Shown here: positions 28,205-36,575 of the stretch, in pieces | Position numbering within the stretch: the first letter of the stretch is position 1 | How the letters are laid out: each line of letters begins with the position of its first letter | From: an uncultured bacterium | Lineage (GTDB): Bacteria; Verrucomicrobiota; Kiritimatiellia; CAIKKV01; CAIJXV01 | Length of the DNA: 64,000 nt | Assembly: GCA_903824675.1 (NCBI GenBank) | Contig: CAIJXV010000055.1 | Span: forward strand, 39,395-103,394 | Reading direction: 5' to 3' | Notes under the pieces: model-generated | Seen by the model: the letters and a program-made list of their open reading frames with translations, nothing else | The model's database searches: none | What the model was told of the DNA's origin: nothing | Made by a program: the position numbers and the translations under genes

Positions 28205-30187
28205 ATGAAACAACCGATCGTGATCAATGGGCCGGGAAAATTGTGTGGATTTAAAGGTCTTCGGGGAGCAGCGCCATTCCCCGGGTTGGGGTGGTATGGG
28301 ATTCCGGCCGGGGGAGCCTATAGAGCCGGTGTTTCCTTTGCGATGCCCCTGTCGGCCTCCTCCGCGAAGTTCTTGTGGTTTGACATTCTGTTGAGTGGCC
28401 CCTGGTTTGCCATGTTTTCGTTGCGATTCGAAAATGGGAAGACGCAATCGGTACACCATTTTTCTCCGCTGAATGAATGCCAGACCCGGCAGGTTTTTCC
28501 AATTCCCCCGGGACCTTGGAAACGGGTGACGATCGCCATCGAACGCAAGCCGGATCCGGCCACGAAGTGTTTTCTCTCCGCGCTCACGTTTGCTGAAGCC
28601 GAGCCGTCGGTTTTGCTGCGACCGGCCCTGCCCTGTGGGCCGTTGGCGGATGAGATGGGGCAGAGCCGGTTCCATGAAGGGGACGCCAGGCAGAAAACCA
28701 CGGCCGATATGGTGCGGCACCTGACCCGGCTTCATCGCGAAGCTCCCCGGCAAAAATGGCCGGTCAAATTTTCCAAGTGGGGCGGATGTAAGAGCCGACG
28801 TGTGGCAGGTAGCGGCTTTTTCCGGACCCATCATGACGGACAGCGCTGGTGGTTGGTTGATCCGGAGGGGTATTTGTTCTGGTCCAGTGGAGCGGATTGT
28901 GTTCATGGGTCGATCGATAATGAGAGCAAAGTGGAGACCCGGTATATGCGCCTGGATCGGGCGCATACGGCCCTTCCCAATGTCATGGGGCCGGCGGGCC
29001 GGTGTTTCCGGTCTAATCCCTGGCACGGCAAGGATGATCGGGAGTTCAATTATCTCGAGGCGAATTTTGTCCGGGCGTTCGGTCCTGAACAGGCCTATGA
29101 CCGCTGGATTACGGTTGCCCACGGCGAATTGCGGCGGGTGGGGTTCAATACGGCCGGCGACTGGTCGGATGAATACGCGGCCCAGCGGGAAGGCACGCCC
29201 TATGTGCGCCCTCTGGAGCGGTATTTCTCCTTTCCGAATACGCCGTTGGTGGGCCCCCAGATGCCGGATGTTTTTCAACCCAGCTTGGAAGCGGATGCCG
29301 GTGAATTTGCTGAAAGCTTGCGTGAAACCCGCGACGATCCGGCTCTGCTGGGTTATTTTTTTCACAACGAGCCGCCTTGGGGTTGGCATGACGCCGGGGT
29401 GGCCGGTACGATGTTGGAAGGGACTCCGGCCTGCCAGACGCGACGGGTATTGGCCGGGATCCTGCGTCGGAAATATGGCAGTTCTGCCGGCTTGAAAAAG
29501 GCGTGGGGGCCGGAGGTGTCCCTGGCCCAAATCGCTGAAGGCGTCTGGACCCAGCCCTTCACCGATGCCGCTAAAGATGATTTGCGAAAATTCAGCACGG
29601 TCATGTTATCCCGACTGATGGAAACTTTTACCCGGGCCGCGCGCCGGGTGGACCCGAACCATTTGAACCTGGGCATCCGCTGGTGGACGTATCCGCCGAT
29701 TTGGGCGCTCAAGGCGATGGGCTGTTTTGATGTGATCAGTTTTAATTGTTACCAGCCCCAGGTGAATCGGGTGGGATATGGCCGGACGTTGGAGGCGGGG
29801 GTGGACGAGGTAGCGGACGGGTTGAATCGGCCGTTCATGGTAGGGGAATGGCATTTCGGCGCCCTGGATGGCGGCCTGCCCGCCGCCGGGCTTTACCGGG
29901 CTGCGAACCAGGAGGAGCGGGGCAAGGCATTTCGATTTTATGCCGAACAGGCGATGGCCCTACCGTGGTGCGTGGGAGCCCATTGGTTTAACCTGTATGA
30001 CCGCAACGCCCTGTATTGCACCATGGGCAGTGAAAATGCCAGTCATGGTTTCTATTCCGTCACCCACACGCCGCATCGCCCGATTTGTCGGGCGGCCCGC
30101 GTAACCCACGAGCGGATGTACGAGGTGGTCGCGGGTCGGAAGAAGCCTTTTGCCGGTCCGGTAGACTATCGGTTTCCGTCGAGGTAG
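28205..30187 (+). CDS. GH50-like (beta-agarase-like) clan GH-A glycoside hydrolase
   Basis: GFFRT...RWWLVDPEGYLF, GFNT.GDWS, LGYFF.NE, VGEWHFGA.D.G; no signal peptide. Confidence 0.75.
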   Translation: MKQPIVINGPGKLCGFKGLRGAAPFPGLGWYGIPAGGAYRAGVSFAMPLSASSAKFLWFDILLSGPWFAMFSLRFENGKTQSVHHFSPLNECQTRQVFPIPPGPWKRVTIAIERKPDPATKCFLSALTFAEAEPSVLLRPALPCGPLADEMGQSRFHEGDARQKTTADMVRHLTRLHREAPRQKWPVKFSKWGGCKSRRVAGSGFFRTHHDGQRWWLVDPEGYLFWSSGADCVHGSIDNESKVETRYMRLDRAHTALPNVMGPAGRCFRSNPWHGKDDREFNYLEANFVRAFGPEQAYDRWITVAHGELRRVGFNTAGDWSDEYAAQREGTPYVRPLERYFSFPNTPLVGPQMPDVFQPSLEADAGEFAESLRETRDDPALLGYFFHNEPPWGWHDAGVAGTMLEGTPACQTRRVLAGILRRKYGSSAGLKKAWGPEVSLAQIAEGVWTQPFTDAAKDDLRKFSTVMLSRLMETFTRAARRVDPNHLNLGIRWWTYPPIWALKAMGCFDVISFNCYQPQVNRVGYGRTLEAGVDEVADGLNRPFMVGEWHFGALDGGLPAAGLYRAANQEERGKAFRFYAEQAMALPWCVGAHWFNLYDRNALYCTMGSENASHGFYSVTHTPHRPICRAARVTHERMYEVVAGRKKPFAGPVDYRFPSR

Positions 30188-30190
30188 AGA

Positions 30191-32509
30191 ATGTCCAATC
30201 TACGCGAAATCTGGCTGGTTCATCATACCCATGTGGACATCGGGTATACCGAACCCCAATCCGTGATCGTGCGCAAACATGCCGATTTCATCGTCCAGGC
30301 GCTGGATCATTGCAGTTCCACGGATCACCTGCCGGCCGGTGAGCGATTTTGTTGGACCTGTGAAGGAGCTTGGACGGTCAAAGCGTTTCTGGCGCGTTAT
30401 CCGCATCGCCGGGAAGAGTTTTTTCGCCGGGTTCGTGAGAGACGGGTAGAAATCACGGCTTTATATTTTCAATTAACCGACCTATTCACCCGGGATTTAT
30501 TGGAACGGACAACCGACTATGCCGTGAACCTGGCTCACGGCGAAGGGGTTGAATTGGTTACGGCGATGAACGACGATGTCAACGGCTGGGCCTGGGGTTT
30601 GGCCGACATCCTGGCGGAGCGGGGCGTGCGGTATCTGGATGTGGGAATCAACGAAACCCGGGCGTTGGGTGTTCGCCCCAAGCCGAATCTATTTCGCTGG
30701 ATAGGTCCCCAAGGTGGGGGCGTATGGGTCTGGCATTCCGATGGCTATATGTGCGGCAATGGGCTGGATCTGGATGGGGCTGGAGGGCCTGAGCGGGTGG
30801 CTGACTACGTGAGATATTTGGAGGGGGTGGGGTATCCCTTTGAGGCCGTGCAGGTTCATATTCAGGGACAGGCGCATGATAATGCGCCCCCGGGGCTTTG
30901 GCTATGTGAGATGATCCGAAATTGGAATGCGAAACCCGACCGCCCGCGACTCCGACTTTGCACTTCACGGGAATGGATGGAGTTTGCGATCGCCAACTGG
31001 CCGAAACCCATTTCTGAATTCCAGGCGGGTTGGCCGGACTGGTGGGCGGATGGCAATGGGACGGCGGCGTTCGAAGTGGCGGCGGTGCGTTCGGCACAGG
31101 CCGATCTGGTGACCGCCGAGGCGCTGGCACGGGCAACCGGCAGGAGTCCGTCGGCAGAACCGGTCGAACGCGTGGTTGAGGCGGCCGCCTTTTTTTGTGA
31201 GCACACCTGGGGCGCCTGGTGTAGTACCGATGAACCCGAGTCACTGGAAAGCAGAGCCCAATGGAATGCCAAGTCCCAGTTTGCCTATGTGGCGGCCGTG
31301 GAAGCTCGCACTTTGGTGCAGGAGGGCCTCGCGGTTGAGGCCCAGCGCCCGACAGGAGAGGGTCCTGGCCTATTGGTCTTCAATCCCGGGGATCACAGCC
31401 GAAGCGATCTGGTGGAAGTGACCGTGGGGGATGCGGCGATGGGGTTGCCGAATGAGGGAAGTGTGATGGCGCCGATACGCGAAAAGGAAGGCGCGGCCTT
31501 TCATTTGGAGGATGCAGCCACGGGCCAGACGATCATGGTGGAGCGTCGCCCGACCCTCGTGAACTCGGCTCGCCAATCCGGCCAAAAGGTTCGATTTGTG
31601 GCGGCGTCAGTGCCCGCGCATGGGTTCCGTCGGTATCGGGTACAGCTTGGGGACGGCCCCGCCGTTGCAGGAGTGCTGCTGGCTGGCGATACCCTTTGCG
31701 GATCGCATCACCATGTTCGCTTTGACCCACAAGGGGGCGGTCTCGCCTCGATTGTCGAACGACGCAAGTCCCGTGAACTGGTGCGGTCCGGAATGGGATT
31801 CAACTTGGGACAGGTGATTTACGAAAGCATTCCCGGTCCTTATGGACGCGAAAAACTATGTGGATGGGGGGGGATCCGAACCGATTGCCCGTTGGAGCGG
31901 ATCGGGATACGGTTTTCCTCGCCGGAAGTTTTTACCCGACCTTATGGCGTGGGAGCCCGCTTGCGGGGGGTGGATTTACCCGGCAGTCTGCGAGAGTTGA
32001 GTCTTGAAATCATACTCTACGATGATCTACCGCGGGTCGACTTGGTGTATCATATGAATAAGATTCCGAACGCCGATGCCGAAGCCCTTTATGTGGCTTT
32101 TCCTTTGGCGGGGGGGGATGCGCCCCGAGTCCGGCTCGAGATTCCCGGCGGGTGGATGCAACCGGGGATTGAACAAATTCCAGGATCTGCCACCGACTGG
32201 CACAGTGTTCAGCATGGCTTTGTCGTGGAAGGCGGCGGGGTTTGTGCGGTGGTGGCGTCGCCGGATGTGCCGCTGGTACAAATCAATGGGATCAATACGG
32301 GGAAATGGCAGGAACGTCTGCCTCCGCATAATGGGCTGGTGATGTCGTGGGTGTTTAATAATTACTGGTTCACCAATTTTCCCGCAGCGCAAGGTGGGGG
32401 ACTTACCTGGCGTTACAGTTTGAGTGCGTTGCCCGAGCCGTTTGATGTGGGATTGGCCAATCGTTTCCTTGGCGATATCCGGCAACCGCTGGTGGCAACG
32501 ACCGGGTGA
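30191..32509 (+). CDS. GH38-like glycoside hydrolase (alpha-mannosidase-like)
   Basis: HHTHVDIGYT, WT.E, DNAPP, DWWADG, EHTWG, NNYWFTNF..Q.G. Confidence 0.75.
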   Translation: MSNLREIWLVHHTHVDIGYTEPQSVIVRKHADFIVQALDHCSSTDHLPAGERFCWTCEGAWTVKAFLARYPHRREEFFRRVRERRVEITALYFQLTDLFTRDLLERTTDYAVNLAHGEGVELVTAMNDDVNGWAWGLADILAERGVRYLDVGINETRALGVRPKPNLFRWIGPQGGGVWVWHSDGYMCGNGLDLDGAGGPERVADYVRYLEGVGYPFEAVQVHIQGQAHDNAPPGLWLCEMIRNWNAKPDRPRLRLCTSREWMEFAIANWPKPISEFQAGWPDWWADGNGTAAFEVAAVRSAQADLVTAEALARATGRSPSAEPVERVVEAAAFFCEHTWGAWCSTDEPESLESRAQWNAKSQFAYVAAVEARTLVQEGLAVEAQRPTGEGPGLLVFNPGDHSRSDLVEVTVGDAAMGLPNEGSVMAPIREKEGAAFHLEDAATGQTIMVERRPTLVNSARQSGQKVRFVAASVPAHGFRRYRVQLGDGPAVAGVLLAGDTLCGSHHHVRFDPQGGGLASIVERRKSRELVRSGMGFNLGQVIYESIPGPYGREKLCGWGGIRTDCPLERIGIRFSSPEVFTRPYGVGARLRGVDLPGSLRELSLEIILYDDLPRVDLVYHMNKIPNADAEALYVAFPLAGGDAPRVRLEIPGGWMQPGIEQIPGSATDWHSVQHGFVVEGGGVCAVVASPDVPLVQINGINTGKWQERLPPHNGLVMSWVFNNYWFTNFPAAQGGGLTWRYSLSALPEPFDVGLANRFLGDIRQPLVATTG

Positions 32510-32562
32510 AGGGCAGGCTCGAGGCCAAGTGCAAGGGCATAGGCTCGATCGCGAGGAGGGGG

Positions 32563-32597
32563 CAGGTGGGAGGTGCGAGGTGTGAGGGGCGAGGAGG
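32563..32597 (+). repeat. Degenerate heptamer tandem repeat
   Basis: CAGGTGG GAGGTGC GAGGTGT GAGGGGC GAGGAGG. Confidence 0.55.
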
Positions 32598-32728
32598 GAA
32601 AGGAGCAGGGATCATAGGGCAGAGTCAAGAAAAGGTCGGGCGATCACACCAAGGCCTGACGAGCGAGCCTAGGTGGCAATAGAACGGAGCGGAAGCCTAG
32701 GGATAACGCCAGATGCTAAATTCCCGTT

Positions 32729-32781
32729 CCGCTCATAGCGCGGCTACACTTCAACTCGTTGTGGCCGCGCTCTATGCGCGC
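32729..32781. repeat. REP/REPIN-like inverted doublet
   Basis: CCGCTCATAGCGCGGCTAC...GTGGCCGCGCTCTATGCGCGC; GTRG followed by a palindrome with a CTATG loop. Confidence 0.5.
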
Positions 32782-32827
32782 AGCTCCTGATCGACAGAAT
32801 TCTGACTTCTGTCTTCTTCCCCCAAAA

Positions 32828-33277
32828 TCAGGACAGTAGCGCCTGGACGATTTCGTTAACCATTTTCCCATCCGCCCGGCCTTTGACTTTGAGCAGGATG
32901 GCCTGCATGACGCGGCCCATTTCCTTTTTTGAGGTCACGCCTAATTCCGCGATGGCGGCGCGGACAATGGTTTCAACCGCAGGACGGTCTAATTGTTGAG
33001 GTTGATAGCGGCGGAAGATCTCGATTTCGGCATCCTCTTTTATGGCCAAATCTTCCCGGGCGGCCGCGCGATACTGGGTGGCGGCATCCTGACGTTGCTT
33101 GATGGCCTTGGCGACGACCTGGACAACAGCCTCATCGGTGGGATCTTTGCCGGCATTGACGGTGGCGTTTTTGACCTCGGAATGCAGGGTTCGCAGGGCA
33201 ACCAATTTGGTTTGCGCCTGTGTTTTCATGGCGTCCTTGATGTCGGCCATCAATTGATCGAGCAGGGGTGAACTCAT
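32828..33277 (-). CDS. yqeY: GatB/YqeY domain protein
   Basis: D.K.AMK, K.IKQR.DA..QY....R.DL..KE, Y.P.QL, K.MG.VM, GRADG; AAGGAG RBS. Confidence 0.9.
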   Translation of the reverse strand: MSSPLLDQLMADIKDAMKTQAQTKLVALRTLHSEVKNATVNAGKDPTDEAVVQVVAKAIKQRQDAATQYRAAAREDLAIKEDAEIEIFRRYQPQQLDRPAVETIVRAAIAELGVTSKKEMGRVMQAILLKVKGRADGKMVNEIVQALLS

Positions 33278-33300
33278 GGAATCTCCTTGTTTTGGACAAA

Positions 33301-33483
33301 TTACACGATTTCGATCGCAGAGGCACGTTTTTTTGAGCAGCATGGAATTTTTGTGCTGAACGATATAGGGATCAGCCACGTGTACCTCCGAACTAATCTT
33401 CCCCGAAAGCCATCCCCTAGGTCTGGTTTTACTGGCTTCTGCTTCCCAGTACAGCCACGTGTGCCGCGTGGCTCAAGCAGCAT
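33301..33483 (-). other. Candidate 60-aa basic small ORF and/or structured RNA upstream of yqeY
   Basis: ATG 33483 to TAA 33301 with AAGGGA upstream; also a 14-nt direct repeat and several hairpins. Confidence 0.4.
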
Positions 33484-33619
33484 CAGAAGTTTTTCCCTTA
33501 TTTCTGTGAAATACAACAACGGGATTCTTGCGCGGCTGGGACAAACATCATACCCTATCGGGAAAGAGTTGGTTTTGCCATAGGATGCTTTGCGATTTAG
33601 CCGCACAGAAAGGTCAACC

Positions 33620-34459
33620 ATGCAAGAGTCAGGCAAGGCAGGGGTTGAATTCGATTTCAAGGGGAAGACCGTTTGGGTGATGGGCGGGAGTGGGGTTTTG
33701 GGCGGCGCCTTGTCGAGGGGGTTTGCCGAAGCCGGCGCGCGGGTCCTGGTATGCGGCCATTCGCATATGGGGCGGGCGGCGGAACTGGCCCACGAATTGG
33801 TGGCGGCGGGTTGCCGTGCTGAAACGCGACAGGTGGACGTGACGTCCCGTGAATCGCTCCTGCGCCTATCCGATGAGATGGATCGGGAAGGCGTGGGTAT
33901 CGATATCCTGATCAATGCGGCCGGCGGCGCGGTTCCCGCTGCGACAACGGGGGCGGACCGATCCTTTTTTGATCTGGAAGATCAGCCTTTGGGCCAGGCG
34001 ATGGATTTGAATTTCATGGGGACGCTCTATGCCTGCCAGGCGTTTGGGCGACAGATGGCGGCCCAGGGGCGGGGATGCATCATTAATATTGCATCGATCG
34101 GCGCGATGAGGCCCCTGACCCGCAGTGTGGCGTATTCAGCGGGGAAAGCGGCCGTGATCAATTTCACCCAATGGTTGGCAGTGCATCTGTCGCAAACTTA
34201 TGCGGCTGATTTACGCGTGAACGCCTTGGTGCCCGGATTCTTTTTGACCCATCAGAATCGTTTTTTGCTGACCGATGAACAGACGGGTGAATTAACGGAA
34301 CGGGGACAACGTATTATCGCCCATACCCCGATGCGGCGATTTGGCCAGCCTGAAGATTTAGTGGGGCCCGCCTTGTGGCTCGCCTCGGATGCGGCGCGTT
34401 TTGTGCAGGGGGCTGCAATTGTAGTGGATGGAGGGGTTGCCGCGTTTGGGGGCATATAA
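33620..34459 (+). CDS. uxuB: SDR oxidoreductase, D-mannonate oxidoreductase-like
   Basis: GGSGVLG, DILINAAGG, RPLTR..AYSA.KAAV.NFTQWLAVH, PGFFLT.QNR.LL. Confidence 0.75.
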   Translation: MQESGKAGVEFDFKGKTVWVMGGSGVLGGALSRGFAEAGARVLVCGHSHMGRAAELAHELVAAGCRAETRQVDVTSRESLLRLSDEMDREGVGIDILINAAGGAVPAATTGADRSFFDLEDQPLGQAMDLNFMGTLYACQAFGRQMAAQGRGCIINIASIGAMRPLTRSVAYSAGKAAVINFTQWLAVHLSQTYAADLRVNALVPGFFLTHQNRFLLTDEQTGELTERGQRIIAHTPMRRFGQPEDLVGPALWLASDAARFVQGAAIVVDGGVAAFGGI

Positions 34460-34520
34460 GCGAGTTTAGGGTTCAGGGAGATGCGGAAGGTGCAGCCACT
34501 GAACCCTGTGCCCCGATGGC

Positions 34521-36551
34521 TTACTTGGCGGTCTTCGCCTTCTTCTCTGCAGCCGCTTTTTTCTTTTGGGCAATTTCGTCTTTGAATTTCTGAAGCTCTT
34601 GCTGATTGAGTTCCCGCTGATTTTCAGAAAGCACCAGTTGCCGTTCGACCAAGTCTGAATTTTCCGGGAGCCCGATCCGGTTATCCATCGAGCCTGGAGA
34701 GGCGATGCCCACCGTTACGAAAATAATGGTTTCAGTTTGGGATTTTTCCTTGTGCGTATGCGAGAATAGATATTTTCCGATCAGGGGGATATCGCCCAGG
34801 AGCGGGATCTTTTTGGTGACATCCCGATCTTCGGTTTCAGTCAGTCCGCCGATGGCGGCCGTTTTGCCATTATCAAGGCTGAAGATGGTTTTAATGGTCT
34901 TGGTAGAGGTGATCGGGAAGGAGTTCCCATCAGGGGCGACCTTGTTTTGCACAAAGCGGCTGATGGTCGGCGCGATGCGGACGGTGATATTGCTTTCGCT
35001 GTTGATGGTAGGGGTGACATCGAGGGTTACACCGAATTTGAAATACGGCTCTTTATCGTCGAGTTCGTACGTAGTGGTATTGGCCTGACCTTGCTGGCCA
35101 GGGGTGACCGTTCCCTTGATATTCGGCTCATTGTCGCCGATATGGATGGTTGCGGTTTCATCATTCGCGACGATGATTTTGGGATTGGAGGCCACGGTAA
35201 TGCCGGTCGTTTGTTTCAAGGCGCTCAGGATGACGGAAAAATCGTCGGCGCTTAAGACGGCCGTACGGATATCGGTGATGGTCCGTGCGTCAGAGGCGAG
35301 GAGCGACTGTTCGTTCAGCTTGCTTTGGTCGATGGTATCGGTGAGGGTCCGGGTGGGGGTGATAAGATCGGGTGTGGCGGGAGTGATGACGACGCCGTTT
35401 TGAATGACGGCCGGGGTGCCGGGCGTAATTTCCTGGTACTGCTGGCCGTCCTTGTCATAACGTTCATTAATCCCGTCAATATGGATCCGGTTGTCTTTCT
35501 GGTCCTGAGTATCCTTACTGCTATTGACTTTTTCGCCCTTATTTTCGTAACCGATTTTCATGCCGCTGACGCCGACTTTATAGCCTTCCAGCACCTGCCA
35601 GTTGATGCCGAGATCCTTGATGGCTTTATCGGTCAACTCGATGAATTTGGCCTCGATATAGACCTGTTTGCGAGGCTGGTCGATTTCCTTGATGACGCGT
35701 TTAATTTCGAGGATATTGGCCGAAGTGGCCCGGACGATCAGGGCGTTACCGGAATTAAACGGGACCACGCTTCCCTGGCCCGCGAGCATGGAGGAGACGA
35801 TGGTGATGACGTTGGTAACAGGGGCGTAACTGAGGAAGATGGTATCGGCGACCAGCGGGTCGGGTTGGCCGGCGGGGCGGGGGGCAATGGTATAGATCTT
35901 GGATCCGGCCGTGGTTTCCACCAGGGCCATGTTGTGCATGGACAAAATCGAATCGAGCGCCGGCTTCCACTCGACATCCTGAATATTGACCGTCACGGTC
36001 CCATGGAGATTGGACGCGGAGGCGATGATATTGGCGCCGGAGATACGGGTGAACATGCGAACGACATCCAGCAGAGGAACTTCATCCAAGGCGATGGAGA
36101 TAAGGTTGGGTTGCTGATTGGTGGGGAGGGCGATATCCAGGGTCTGGTCTTCCGGTTCCACATCGGGGGTGGGCGCCGCCTCTTCGACGGTGAGCGAGGC
36201 GATGGGTTCCTGAGGCATGACGCTGGGGGAGGGCGTCGTTTCGGCGGCAGGCGCCGGGGCGGGGGCAGGGGTTGGCGTGGCACCCGAATTGACGGGCGTT
36301 GCGGGGGCTGTACTCAGCGTGGCGGCGGCTTGAAGCGCATTGGATTCCGCGGCACTCCCAGCCGGTGCGGGGGCGCTGGTCGCCGGCACATATTCTGCCG
36401 GGATGGATTTCGCTGCGGGATCCTCCAAGGGGATCACGGGTTGGGGATTTGAATCCGGCGTTCGGACGGCTTGGGCGAAAAGTGACAAGACAGCGATCAG
36501 CGCAATACTGGCTGATAATGCGGACCAGACGATCAGATTCTTTTTGTTCAT
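34521..36551 (-). CDS. pilQ: Secretin (PilQ/GspD family)
   Basis: Signal peptide, Pro/Ala linker, N domains, ID.PR.QVYIEAKFIE, GV.LDVTP.I, KIPLLGDIPLIG.LF; end of pilMNOP operon. Confidence 0.88.
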   Translation of the reverse strand: MNKKNLIVWSALSASIALIAVLSLFAQAVRTPDSNPQPVIPLEDPAAKSIPAEYVPATSAPAPAGSAAESNALQAAATLSTAPATPVNSGATPTPAPAPAPAAETTPSPSVMPQEPIASLTVEEAAPTPDVEPEDQTLDIALPTNQQPNLISIALDEVPLLDVVRMFTRISGANIIASASNLHGTVTVNIQDVEWKPALDSILSMHNMALVETTAGSKIYTIAPRPAGQPDPLVADTIFLSYAPVTNVITIVSSMLAGQGSVVPFNSGNALIVRATSANILEIKRVIKEIDQPRKQVYIEAKFIELTDKAIKDLGINWQVLEGYKVGVSGMKIGYENKGEKVNSSKDTQDQKDNRIHIDGINERYDKDGQQYQEITPGTPAVIQNGVVITPATPDLITPTRTLTDTIDQSKLNEQSLLASDARTITDIRTAVLSADDFSVILSALKQTTGITVASNPKIIVANDETATIHIGDNEPNIKGTVTPGQQGQANTTTYELDDKEPYFKFGVTLDVTPTINSESNITVRIAPTISRFVQNKVAPDGNSFPITSTKTIKTIFSLDNGKTAAIGGLTETEDRDVTKKIPLLGDIPLIGKYLFSHTHKEKSQTETIIFVTVGIASPGSMDNRIGLPENSDLVERQLVLSENQRELNQQELQKFKDEIAQKKKAAAEKKAKTAK

Positions 36552-36575
36552 GGATACCGTTCCTTCCTTATCCTG

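Noticed and set aside
33410-33460. Cobalamin riboswitch (ACTGGGAAG...AAGCCAG...AGACC resemblance on minus strand)
   Set aside because: The upstream conserved core (GGGAA..GGTG.AA.TCC) is not found and the downstream gene is not B12-related.
33301-33915. 204-aa minus-strand ORF as a whole
   Set aside because: Its 5' half is antisense to the SDR gene; only the 33301-33483 part is kept as a candidate.
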